The notes: generated by a model from the sequence alone, not told the origin. 64,000 nt of DNA from Candidatus Methanomethylophilaceae archaeon (GCA_963643445.1 CAVIJO010000002.1:44201-108200); one strand, 5' to 3'. Counted from the stretch's first letter, positions 19,738 through 28,961 are shown. A program made the numbers and translations.

Positions 19738-20064
19738 ATTTATTTCTCCGATAGCTTCCGCCCCTTACGGCGGAATATGTACCCTTGATGGTTAGTCCTT
19801 CTATATAACTATTGCTATGGTAGACAACTGAGGGTTAATTACATATTGGATGAGTGACTGTAAATATCTGGCATATCGGAAAGTATCGTTTTTTGATTAC
19901 TCATTCTACATATTCCGAAAAATGATACGAAAAACTATTTTTATCCTTCAAAGGAAAATCTGACTGCCTGCGGGACTGTTTCCGGGAACGGAAAACCCGT
20001 GCCGCATCGTCGGCATATGTTCGCAAGTCCTTTAATAACATTATATAGAGATTGAAAGGCTCGT

Positions 20065-20421
20065 ATGGATGAATTGATGGCATGGGTGGTTCTTATCATC
20101 GCCAGCTGTATCGAACCGATATGGGTCACCTGTCTTGACAAGTCCGAAGGTTTCAAGCGCAAGGGATGGGGCGCCGCAACCATTATCCTGGTCCTGCTCT
20201 GCCTGTATCTCCTCGCATATGCCGTCGGAATGACCGACAGCGACGGAAACAACTATATCGGACCGGGAGTCGCCTATGCCGTACTGGCGGGAATAGGTGC
20301 CGCGGGCATCGTCGCCGTAGGGCGCGTCCTGCATCGCGAGAAGCTCACGGCCAGAAGATTGTTCTTCGTCCTGCTGATCGTGCTCGGGATCATAGGTACC
20401 AGACTTGCGGGAGGTCTCTGA
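20065..20421 (+). CDS. SMR/DMT family small multidrug transporter, subunit 1
   Basis: AWVVLIIASCIEPIW (Glu14 equivalent), SEGF, GVAYAVLAGIG, EKL. Confidence 0.85.
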   Translation: MDELMAWVVLIIASCIEPIWVTCLDKSEGFKRKGWGAATIILVLLCLYLLAYAVGMTDSDGNNYIGPGVAYAVLAGIGAAGIVAVGRVLHREKLTARRLFFVLLIVLGIIGTRLAGGL

Positions 20422-20422
20422 A

Positions 20423-20815
20423 ATGAAGTTCCTCGAAGGGAAGAGCGAACTTACGCTCGCATGGATCGTCCTGATCCTCGGAGGTGTGTTCCAGATCGGA
20501 TGGTCCATCGGCGTCGATTACACCGAGAAGTTCACCGTGTGGACCTGGGACATCGTCACCATCGTGTTCCTCGCGCTCAGCATGATATGCATGGAGTGGC
20601 CCATGAGGCACGGCATCGCATTCACCACGGCCTACGCCGTATGGATCGGTGTCGGTGTGAGCCTGACCGTCGTCGTCTCGGCCCTGCTGGGTCTCGATGA
20701 CTTCAACTGGCTCATGGGAGTGTTCCTGATAGTCGTCATCGCGGGAGTCGTCGGTCTGAAGGCCACGCCCGTGGAGTATCTGGACCCTCTGCCGGAAAAG
20801 AAGGAAAAGGAATGA
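20423..20815 (+). CDS. SMR/DMT family small multidrug transporter, subunit 2
   Basis: AWIVLILGGVFQIGW, TAYAVWIGVG, GVVGLK. Confidence 0.85.
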   Translation: MKFLEGKSELTLAWIVLILGGVFQIGWSIGVDYTEKFTVWTWDIVTIVFLALSMICMEWPMRHGIAFTTAYAVWIGVGVSLTVVVSALLGLDDFNWLMGVFLIVVIAGVVGLKATPVEYLDPLPEKKEKE

Positions 20816-20822
20816 ATGCCCA

Positions 20823-20853
20823 GGGGACCGGGTTTCCCGGTCCCCCGTTTTTT
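20823..20853 (+). terminator. Stem-loop plus T-tract terminator
   Basis: GGGGACCGGG-TTT-CCCGGTCCCC then TTTTTT. Confidence 0.7.
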
Positions 20854-20933
20854 GATTCCCCGATGTCGCGCACGTATGTGCCAGCATAGGGAATTATGCG
20901 GCCCTGCGGATAACCTGCGGGACCGAAGGTGTT

Positions 20934-23117
20934 TCAGTGTATGAACAGTAGCTCCCTGTACTTAGGGAGAGGCCACATCTGATCGTCGACCATCATCTCG
21001 AGGGAGTCCACATGGGACCTGATCTTCTCGAGCATCGGCGCCATCTTATCGTAGTAGATGATAGCTGCGGCGCGTCCTTCCTCCTCCTGGGACAGTTTGG
21101 CATCCAGGGCATCAAGCTCGTCGACGAGGCTCTCTGCGGCGGATATGTCCTCGGAGATGCATCTGATGAGGTCCATCTGGGATGCAGCCATCTTCCTGAA
21201 GTCCTTGTCGCCGTAGATGTCCTTGAGGTTCCTTACGTTGTCGAGGAGAATGTTCTGATACCTGATCGACACAGGGATGACGTGGTTGGTGGTGAGATCG
21301 CTGAGGACCTTGCCCTCGATCGCCATCTTCTTGCAGTAGATCTCCCAGAACACCTCCTTCCTGGAATCCAGCTCGACCTCTGTCATGACCTTGGTCTCGG
21401 CGAATATCTTCACAGTCTGTTCGGAAGTGAATACATCGTAGACAAGGGGCACGGAACTCTCGCAGTCGAGGCCGCGTTTGAGAGCCTCGGCCTTCCACTC
21501 GTCGGAGTACCCGTTGCCGTCGAAGCATACGTTCTGGCATGCCCTGTAGGTCTCGCGGGTCTCGTCGAGGACCGCCTGCATGACAGGAACACCGGATGCG
21601 ATCCTCGCATCGACGGCCTTCTTGAACTGTGCCAGCTGGTATGCGAGTATGGTGTTGAGGACGGTGACGGCACCGGAACAGTTCGCGCTGGAACCGACCG
21701 CTCTGAACTCGAACCTGTTGCCGGTGAAGGCGAACGGGGAGGTCCTGTTCCTGTCGGTGTTGTCCACCAGGAGTTCGGGGATCTGCGGGATTCCGAGGCT
21801 GTATCCCTTCTTTCCGGCGATCTTGACCATATCCTTGCTGTCCAGCAGCTGGGCGAAGGCCGCGCTGACCTGCTTGCCGAGGAACGACGAGATGATCGCC
21901 GGCGGGGCCTCGTTCGCGCCGAGCCTGTGGGCGTTGGTCGCATTGAGGACGGTGGCCTTGAGGAGGGCGTTGTTGTCATAGACCGCCTTGAGGGTGTTCG
22001 CCATGAAACACAGGAACCTGAGGTTCTCCTTGTCGGTCTTTCCGGGGGACATCAGGGCGATACCGCTCTCGGACCCGATGGACCAGTTGCAGTGTTTCCC
22101 GGATCCGTTGATTCCTGCGAAGGGCTTCTCGTGGAAGAGCGCCTCGAATCCGTGTTTCTCCGCAACGGTCTTCATGAGGGACATCAGCAGGAGGTTGTGG
22201 TCGATGGCCAGGTTCGACGACTCGAAGACGGGTGCGATCTCGAACTGGTTGGGCGCCACCTCGTTGTGCCTCGTCTTCACGGGGATGCCGAGCTTGTACG
22301 CCTCGAACTCCAGATCCTTCATGAACTCGAGTACGCGGGGCGGGATTGCGGCGAAGTAGTGGTCGTCGAGCTGCTGGTTTCTGGCACTGTCGTGTCCGAT
22401 GAGGGTGCGGTCCGTGAGAACCAGGTCGGGGCGCTGCATGTACAGGTCCCTGTCGACCAGGAAGTACTCCTGCTCCCATCCGAGATAGGAGTGGAGGACC
22501 TCGTTTCCCTCGCCGAAGTATTCCAGGATTGCCTTAGCGGCCTTGGTGACGGCGGAATCGGATTTCAGAAGAGGGGTCTTGTAATCGAGGGCCTCCCCGG
22601 TGTATGAGACGAACACGGTGGGGATGCACAGGGTGTCCCCTATAACGAAGGCGGGTGACGAGGGGTCCCATGCAGTGTATCCTCTGGCCTCGAAGGTGTT
22701 CCTGAGTCCTCCGCTGGGGAAGGATGACGCATCGGGTTCCTGCTGGAAAAGGAGTTTTCCCTCGAATTTCTCCAGGGACTGCCCGTGGTCGCGGGGATGT
22801 GCGAAGGAGTCGTGTTTCTCGGCGGTGCCTCCGGTGAGAGGCTGGAACCAGTGGGTGTAGTGCGTCGCCCCCTGGTCCATGGCCCATCTCTTCATGCCCT
22901 CGGCCACGTGGTTCGCCACGTTGCCGTCGAGGGTCGCTCCTCTCTCGACCGTCTCGTAGATGGATCTCCTGGTCTCTTCGGAGAGATATCTCCTCATGGC
23001 GGCCCTGTTGAAGACATTGCGTCCGTAGTACGCGGAAGTCTCATTCTCCGGGGCCTCGGCGATGACGGGTTCCTTTGCATTGGCTTTCTCGACTGCAGTG
23101 AACCTGAAGGTCTGCAT
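20934..23117 (-). CDS. glnA: Glutamine synthetase type III (GlnN-like)
   Basis: 727 aa; THYTHWFQPLTG.TAEKHD, EPDASSFPSGG, HNEVAPNQFE, GINGSGKH, DRNRTSPFAFTGNRFEFR, WPLPKYRELLF. Confidence 0.95.
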   Translation of the reverse strand: MQTFRFTAVEKANAKEPVIAEAPENETSAYYGRNVFNRAAMRRYLSEETRRSIYETVERGATLDGNVANHVAEGMKRWAMDQGATHYTHWFQPLTGGTAEKHDSFAHPRDHGQSLEKFEGKLLFQQEPDASSFPSGGLRNTFEARGYTAWDPSSPAFVIGDTLCIPTVFVSYTGEALDYKTPLLKSDSAVTKAAKAILEYFGEGNEVLHSYLGWEQEYFLVDRDLYMQRPDLVLTDRTLIGHDSARNQQLDDHYFAAIPPRVLEFMKDLEFEAYKLGIPVKTRHNEVAPNQFEIAPVFESSNLAIDHNLLLMSLMKTVAEKHGFEALFHEKPFAGINGSGKHCNWSIGSESGIALMSPGKTDKENLRFLCFMANTLKAVYDNNALLKATVLNATNAHRLGANEAPPAIISSFLGKQVSAAFAQLLDSKDMVKIAGKKGYSLGIPQIPELLVDNTDRNRTSPFAFTGNRFEFRAVGSSANCSGAVTVLNTILAYQLAQFKKAVDARIASGVPVMQAVLDETRETYRACQNVCFDGNGYSDEWKAEALKRGLDCESSVPLVYDVFTSEQTVKIFAETKVMTEVELDSRKEVFWEIYCKKMAIEGKVLSDLTTNHVIPVSIRYQNILLDNVRNLKDIYGDKDFRKMAASQMDLIRCISEDISAAESLVDELDALDAKLSQEEEGRAAAIIYYDKMAPMLEKIRSHVDSLEMMVDDQMWPLPKYRELLFIH

Positions 23118-23360
23118 AATGTCTGTTAGTTCCGTTCGCTTAATATAATTTTCCCACCGAAAAAACTCCGTTTTGACGCTGAAACAGCAGAAAACATACC
23201 ACCTTCAATACTATTTCAACCTTTTAATTAGACAAATATCTAATAAATCAATAAATTGAATAAGTGTTAACAACCATATTATCAGGTTAACGGTACTAAA
23301 CACGAGTATATATCCTCAATCAGGCAGACAAGTGCATACCGGGATGTCCTCGAATGGACG

Positions 23361-23374
23361 GGAAAAACCTTTCC
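23361..23374. promoter_or_regulatory. Candidate NrpR operator GGAA-N6-TTCC
   Basis: GGAAAAACCTTTCC in the divergent intergenic region upstream of glnA. Confidence 0.4.
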
Positions 23375-23507
23375 GAGAGGCAGGCCAGATGTCCGCGGAC
23401 AGTCTGCCGGAGCAAACATCTGGCACATACATTCCGTGCAATAACATAGATTGTTTCAAATACCGAGTAGAAATATGATGCATCCGTAAGAAAAAGGGGG
23501 ACACGCC

Positions 23508-24434
23508 ACGGGATTCAAATTATTCAAATCCGGCGACCAGCTGTATGACGAGGCTATCGACCTCGTAAACAGGAAAGAGTATGGGAACGCCAAGGAGAAA
23601 TTTGCAGACGCACTGTCCAAGAACACCGGCAAGGCTGACATGGCCCAGACGTACATCAGCCTGATCTCGCTCCTCGGCAACCGCGGGGACCAGAATGCCT
23701 ACAGGAATCTCCTCAACCGCCTGGAAACATGCGGAGAGAGTTCGTTCAAATTCGGTCTCACGGACATCGATGTGGAGGCTCTGAAGACCGAGTGCAACCT
23801 TTCGATAGAGGAAATCGGCACCACGAGCATGCCCGACTCCGACTACATGGCCAAGGGCCAGGCGATGATCGACCTGGCGGCAAAATATGCCGGCCTGATC
23901 GGAGACAACCCTCTCAAGATTGCCGAGATTGTCAGCGGCAACACCGAGGCCAACGGCACCAGGGAAGCCCTCATCCTCCAGGCCATGGCCTACGAGTGCA
24001 TGGGAACTGGCATCGTACTGAAGGATCCCAAGCAGGGTTCCGAGTACATGCAGATGGCCTACAACTTCCGCAGGCAGATAGGAGACTCCGGGGACAGGGA
24101 CCTCGAGCTGATGAAAAGCTACGCAAAATCCGGCAAATGCTGGCTCTGCGGAAGACCCGCCAACGGGGAGGGCGTCCACTTCATATCCGTCAGGAGTACG
24201 ATATCCCAGATGTTCAGAGACAGGGAGGGCTCCAATATCATCAGAGCCGCCAACGACGACTTCGAATCGATCTACATCTGCATGCCCTGCTACACCGCCG
24301 TGTCCAACAGGGCCGACCAGATCTCCAGGGGCTACTACGACCAGGCCATCAGCGAAATGAGGGCCATGGAGGCGAGGCTCGAGATGGAAATCGCCGCGGT
24401 CCGCAGAGACCTGGCGTTCGCCAGAACGAGGTGA
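23508..24434 (+). CDS. TPR-like helical protein with CxxC...CxxC Zn finger and C-terminal coiled coil; probable ACG start
   Basis: Frame open from in-frame TAA at 23487; AGGGGG then ACG-GGA-TTC-AAA; CWLC and CMPC motifs. Confidence 0.75.
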   Translation, partial: TGFKLFKSGDQLYDEAIDLVNRKEYGNAKEKFADALSKNTGKADMAQTYISLISLLGNRGDQNAYRNLLNRLETCGESSFKFGLTDIDVEALKTECNLSIEEIGTTSMPDSDYMAKGQAMIDLAAKYAGLIGDNPLKIAEIVSGNTEANGTREALILQAMAYECMGTGIVLKDPKQGSEYMQMAYNFRRQIGDSGDRDLELMKSYAKSGKCWLCGRPANGEGVHFISVRSTISQMFRDREGSNIIRAANDDFESIYICMPCYTAVSNRADQISRGYYDQAISEMRAMEARLEMEIAAVRRDLAFARTR

Positions 24435-24448
24435 TCGGTACGGACAGC

Positions 24449-25981
24449 ATGGTTTCCCTCAGATGCAAATACTGCGGCGCACCCCTCGATGCCGGGGATA
24501 TCAAGGGCGACAGTCCCTACGTCACATGTCCCAGCTGCGGCACGACCCAGCAGAGAATCGACGCACAGGCGTACCTCGACCAGCTCATGGGACAGGTCCG
24601 CTCCTGGATCAACAAGGCCGTCCCCGGCGGGCTGAGCGTCGCCCAGTCGGAGAACGTGGACAGCGTCGCAAGGCACAGCATATTCATGAACAGCGTCAAG
24701 CCGAGGGTCGACATGGAGTTCGGCGAATACAAATTCGCCCTCACATCCCTGCTCGCCAACCCGATGCTCGTCATGCCTTTCACCGTAGACACGAAAATCA
24801 AGACGAAGCACACCCCCGCCCAGGCATTCGAGTTCAGCGAGAAGATGTCGGGAGTGGCGCCTCTGGCGGTGGATTCCGACAGCAAGGACCTCATCACCAC
24901 GGCGAAGAACGTCTCCGATGCCTACGCCCTGCTGATCAACAACTCCAATCTGCTCAAGGAGAACAAGGACGGAAGGTACATCCTCATGTCCAACAACTTC
25001 GGCGCGGCCTCCGAGGACTTCGGGGCCCTGAAGGACTACGAACCCGCGGCCACCCGCTTCGCCGGCCTCAGCACGGCCTGTCAGGGATGTGAGAAGCTCC
25101 TCAACGGAGACGTCGCCACAGCCCTGCAGCTTTTCGAACAGGGGAAAAGCAAACTGAACGAGGCAAAGACCCAGCTTGCCGGGAACATGAAAGTCGCCAT
25201 CATGGGACAGCCCATCGCGACGGAGATCAAACAGGTCGAGGCACTCGAGGAGACAGCGAAATCCGTATACTCCATGGGCGGAGACCCCGTCAAGGCGCTG
25301 GACAATATAAGGCGCATCTTCGAGTACGAGTTCCCCTCCGGAGGAAACTGGGGATTCATGCTCAACAACAAGGACAGGCTGACCGAGATATTCGCCAACA
25401 TGACAGATGCCGTGAAGGCCAAAAGCGGAGGGTCCGTCAACATCGCGCCCGGCGACGGAGACATACTCGTCCCGTTTTGGCACATCGACCTCAGGTACAG
25501 TTTCCAGACGGGTTCCCTCTGGAAGAAGAAGGCCGTCGAGGTCCGCGAGGACCTCCTGGTTCCCGCAGACTTCGTGATAGACGAGGCCTGCCTGAACAAT
25601 CCCCGTTCTGCGGTCACCGACATATTCAGCGTCAGGACCAAGGACGGCGTCTTCGCAGGCATCCTAGGGAACGAGAAATCGATCAGCAACGGTTCCGGGA
25701 TCTCCGACATCGCATCGAGTGCGGCCCCCAACTCCATCGGAAGCAGGGCCGCCGTAGTGCCGCTCAGCACCGAAAAGGAAGCCGAGCGTCTCGCAGAACA
25801 GTACGTGAGCGCCGTGGCCTCCGCCGAATCCAAACTCAAACTCAGCAACCCGGACGTGGACAAACTCATTTACATCCCGTTCAGAAGATCCGGCAACCGT
25901 CTGGAAGCGCCGTCCAGCTTCGGACAGCTCGTCCCCGGCAGGATCGGACGCACGGACCTGAACGAACTGATCATCATCTGA
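24449..25981 (+). CDS. N-terminal Zn-ribbon protein with helical core
   Basis: CKYCGA...CPSCGT; ILVPFW and LIYIPF segments; GAGGTGA SD. Confidence 0.8.
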   Translation: MVSLRCKYCGAPLDAGDIKGDSPYVTCPSCGTTQQRIDAQAYLDQLMGQVRSWINKAVPGGLSVAQSENVDSVARHSIFMNSVKPRVDMEFGEYKFALTSLLANPMLVMPFTVDTKIKTKHTPAQAFEFSEKMSGVAPLAVDSDSKDLITTAKNVSDAYALLINNSNLLKENKDGRYILMSNNFGAASEDFGALKDYEPAATRFAGLSTACQGCEKLLNGDVATALQLFEQGKSKLNEAKTQLAGNMKVAIMGQPIATEIKQVEALEETAKSVYSMGGDPVKALDNIRRIFEYEFPSGGNWGFMLNNKDRLTEIFANMTDAVKAKSGGSVNIAPGDGDILVPFWHIDLRYSFQTGSLWKKKAVEVREDLLVPADFVIDEACLNNPRSAVTDIFSVRTKDGVFAGILGNEKSISNGSGISDIASSAAPNSIGSRAAVVPLSTEKEAERLAEQYVSAVASAESKLKLSNPDVDKLIYIPFRRSGNRLEAPSSFGQLVPGRIGRTDLNELIII

Positions 25982-26007
25982 GAATTCAACGAAAGGAAGG
26001 GATTGAA

Positions 26008-26388
26008 ATGGTAGACAACCAAGGAAACGCATACAGGACGAGAGGCGTCATAATGGCGGCCGTTGCGCTCATCGGCATAGCCATATGCGCAGTCCTCTAC
26101 GGAGTGGCAGGAGTGGACCTCCTCACGGTATTCGGAGCATTCCTCGTCATCATCGGCGCGGACCTGTTCCTCGTCGGGGCGACCTACAGCTCCGCACCCG
26201 ACAAATTCGGACCCTCCGAACAGATGTACAGAGTATCGGCAGGTCTCCTGGTGACCGTCATCGGCATAGCCGTGGTCCTCATCGGACTCAACGTGAACAT
26301 GTGGGTGGCCGTCGCCGTAGTGATTGTCGGAATCGCACTGATCGGTCTCGCCACCGGACTCATAAACAGCAAGAAATCCAAATTCTGA
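26008..26388 (+). CDS. Small 4-TM membrane protein
   Basis: Four hydrophobic helices and a basic tail. Confidence 0.8.
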   Translation: MVDNQGNAYRTRGVIMAAVALIGIAICAVLYGVAGVDLLTVFGAFLVIIGADLFLVGATYSSAPDKFGPSEQMYRVSAGLLVTVIGIAVVLIGLNVNMWVAVAVVIVGIALIGLATGLINSKKSKF

Positions 26389-26400
26389 GGGTGAAGGCAA

Positions 26401-26943
26401 ATGGCTAACACACTGGAAAACAACGTAGAAGGCCAGATGGCCAAGAACAGGTCCCTCGTCGAGAGGATCGCGATGTACGTCCCGTTCTACAGGGGCTACA
26501 AGCAGAAGAACCTCCGCAGGGACGAGGACAGGGCGATCAGAGACGTCGTGGCCAAGGAACTGATGAACGTGAAGACCGACCTGTCCAACGCATCCCGCGC
26601 CGCCGTCGGCGACCTCGATGCCATGAGGGACGCCGAGAGAATCAAGGCGAAGGTTGACAGATACTGCGTGGACGTCAAGAAGGCCGCGGCCGGATACAGT
26701 GCGTTCCACGACTCCGTGAAGATAATGGAGACGGAACTCGACAACATCATCTCCTGGGACGCCCAACTGATAGACGGCGTGCAGAACCTCAAGACCGCAT
26801 CTGCGGAACTTGTGCAGTATGCGGACACCGGCGAGAACATCAGGCCGGCCCTCCGCGCCGTGGAGAAGGAGATCGATGCGATGATCGAGGCCTACAACCA
26901 GAGGGAGAACATCATGAAAGGCTTCGTCGGCGGAGAGGAGTGA
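26401..26943 (+). CDS. Hypothetical alpha-helical bundle protein
   Basis: ERIAMYVPFYRGYKQKNLRRDEDR...AAAGYSAFHDSVKI; lies within the operon. Confidence 0.8.
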   Translation: MANTLENNVEGQMAKNRSLVERIAMYVPFYRGYKQKNLRRDEDRAIRDVVAKELMNVKTDLSNASRAAVGDLDAMRDAERIKAKVDRYCVDVKKAAAGYSAFHDSVKIMETELDNIISWDAQLIDGVQNLKTASAELVQYADTGENIRPALRAVEKEIDAMIEAYNQRENIMKGFVGGEE

Positions 26944-26948
26944 TTCCA

Positions 26949-28052
26949 ATGGCAGAAAAGAAACAGAACGTCGTATTCTGGAAAGACCAGGGACCGGATG
27001 ACATCATCTACGTGTCCCCCGATGACGACCTGAGGACCATCACCTCCGTCACCGTACCCGAACACTCCGTCGCCCTGTTCATCAGGGACGGACAGCTACA
27101 GGGGATCCTGGAGCCCGGAAGGCATGTGGTCACCAGCGCCAACATCCCCTGGCTCACCGCCCTCTACAACAAGGCCCTCGGATTCAGGGAGACCCCCTTC
27201 AAATGCTCCGTGGTCTTCATCTCGCTGAAGATCTTCAACGGAAGGTGGGGCCTCAGATCCATGATCAAAGCAGCCAAGGAATACGAGGTGCCCATAACCC
27301 TTATGGCGAACGGGGACTTCCAGTTCCGCATCCAGGACGTCAACGTGTTCTACACCCAGGTCCTGGGAGGAATGAAGAGCTACACGACCGGCGACGTGAA
27401 CCAGTTCATGAAGAGCTTCATCACGGAACAGCTGATCCAGCAGCTCAACACCCAGTATTACATGGATGTCATGGGCAACCTGGAGAAGGCCTCCACCTCC
27501 ACCAAGATCCTCATCGACCCCTACTTCCAGCAGAGAGGAATCGAACTGCTGGCACTGAAGATCAACGAGGTCTCCACCACCGAGGAGGAGAAGACCAAGG
27601 TGTTCGAGTACCTCCAGTTCAGCAGCGCCAACGGAGAGGCCTTCAAGAGATACGAGGTCATGGACCGTATGGCGGATGCCATCGGAGATTCCCAGGGAGG
27701 TGCGGCCATGGGCGCAGGAATGCTCCTGTTCCCGCAGATGTACCAGCAGCTCAGCCAGCAGCCCGTCCAGGGAGTGCAGCAGCAGGCGGCGCAGCCCCAG
27801 GCCCAGAAGGTCATGTGCCCGTTCTGCGGCGGTCTCAACGACTATCCGTACAAGTTCTGCGGGAACTGCGGAAAGCCCTCCCCCATGATGCAGAACCAGC
27901 AGCAGGCCGCAGCACCCGCCGCACAGCCTGCGGCGGCGGCTCCCGCCGCCGGAGGAGCGGTCTTCAAGATCTGCCCCTACTGCGGACAGGATCTCAGCGG
28001 TCTGAAGAAGACCCCCAAGTTCTGCCCCTACTGCTCCGAGCAGCTTCAGTAA
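26949..28052 (+). CDS. SPFH (Band 7) domain protein with two C-terminal zinc ribbons
   Basis: VPEHSVALFIRDG...LEPGRH; GAAMGAGM; CPFC..FCGNCG and CPYC..FCPYC separated by Q/A/P-rich linkers. Confidence 0.88.
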   Translation: MAEKKQNVVFWKDQGPDDIIYVSPDDDLRTITSVTVPEHSVALFIRDGQLQGILEPGRHVVTSANIPWLTALYNKALGFRETPFKCSVVFISLKIFNGRWGLRSMIKAAKEYEVPITLMANGDFQFRIQDVNVFYTQVLGGMKSYTTGDVNQFMKSFITEQLIQQLNTQYYMDVMGNLEKASTSTKILIDPYFQQRGIELLALKINEVSTTEEEKTKVFEYLQFSSANGEAFKRYEVMDRMADAIGDSQGGAAMGAGMLLFPQMYQQLSQQPVQGVQQQAAQPQAQKVMCPFCGGLNDYPYKFCGNCGKPSPMMQNQQQAAAPAAQPAAAAPAAGGAVFKICPYCGQDLSGLKKTPKFCPYCSEQLQ

Positions 28053-28154
28053 ACCCTTCAAACCCGGGCTCCGGCCCGGGACCTTGTCTTTTCCGATATG
28101 TTTTTACGCCTGTCCAGAGTGGTACGGCCCAAGGTGTTCTCCGTGGACAGGATC

Positions 28155-28961
28155 ATGTTATCGGTCATAGACCTCGCCGTCAAGGCGGGAGAGATGGTTC
28201 TATGCGACTCCGGATTCGAAGTGAGGAACAAAGGGACCAAGGAGAACTACGTGACCTCCACCGACGTCAAGGTGCAGGAATACCTGCGGAGAGAACTCAC
28301 CGCACTTATCCCGGGATCATACTTCATGGGGGAGGAGGGGGACCTCCCGGAAGAGGATGACAGACTCCGCGGCAGCGACCGGTGGATATGGATCGTGGAC
28401 CCCATCGATGGGACTGCCAATTATGCCAGGGGGATGGAGAACTCCGTCGTCTCCATCGCCTTAGTACGGTACGGGAAAGTGGTCCTCGGGGCCGTACGCC
28501 ACCCGTATCTCGACATGACCTTCCATGCGCAGAAAGGCATGGGCGCATACATGAACGGAGAGAGGATCCGCGTCTCAGACAGGGATCTGGCACATTCGAT
28601 CTTCGCGACTGCATGGTCCGCATACGACAAGAGCCGGGCCCACCAGTGCTTCCGCATATCGGAGAGGCTTTACGGCGAATGCGAGGACATCAGGAGGACC
28701 GGTACGGCCGCCTTCGAACTCTGCATGCTCGCCAAAGGCGCCATAGACATCTACTTCGAGATCAACCTCGCACCGTGGGACTACGCCGCCGCCTCACTCA
28801 TCGTGAAAGAGGCGGGGGGATTCACCGCATCCCTGAAGGGAGACCTCGACCTCTACGCCCAGGGAACCGCCATGGCCGGCAACACGGAAGAGAACCTGGA
28901 ACATGTGAAGGCCGTGGTCTCGGAGGAACTCTCTGGATCCGAAAACAATGGGTCCGACTGA
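28155..28961 (+). CDS. Inositol monophosphatase family protein (paralogue 2, SuhB-like)
   Basis: YVTSTD, GEE, WIVDPIDGTANY, RRTGTAA, PWDYAAA..IVKEAGG. Confidence 0.92.
   Translation: MLSVIDLAVKAGEMVLCDSGFEVRNKGTKENYVTSTDVKVQEYLRRELTALIPGSYFMGEEGDLPEEDDRLRGSDRWIWIVDPIDGTANYARGMENSVVSIALVRYGKVVLGAVRHPYLDMTFHAQKGMGAYMNGERIRVSDRDLAHSIFATAWSAYDKSRAHQCFRISERLYGECEDIRRTGTAAFELCMLAKGAIDIYFEINLAPWDYAAASLIVKEAGGFTASLKGDLDLYAQGTAMAGNTEENLEHVKAVVSEELSGSENNGSD

Noticed and set aside
19738..19900. CIRCE element upstream of the chaperone cluster
   Set aside because: No TTAGCACTC-N9-GAGTGCTAA match and no hrcA in the window
23729..24448. ORF-track 5' extensions of several genes (23729, 25477, 36713, 46334, 56908-57684)
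   Set aside because: Upstream parts are out-of-frame overlaps with the preceding gene; starts were reassigned to SD- or overlap-supported codons
27740..27960. CAG/GCG-rich stretch as a DNA tandem repeat
   Set aside because: Encodes the Q/A/P linkers of the SPFH protein
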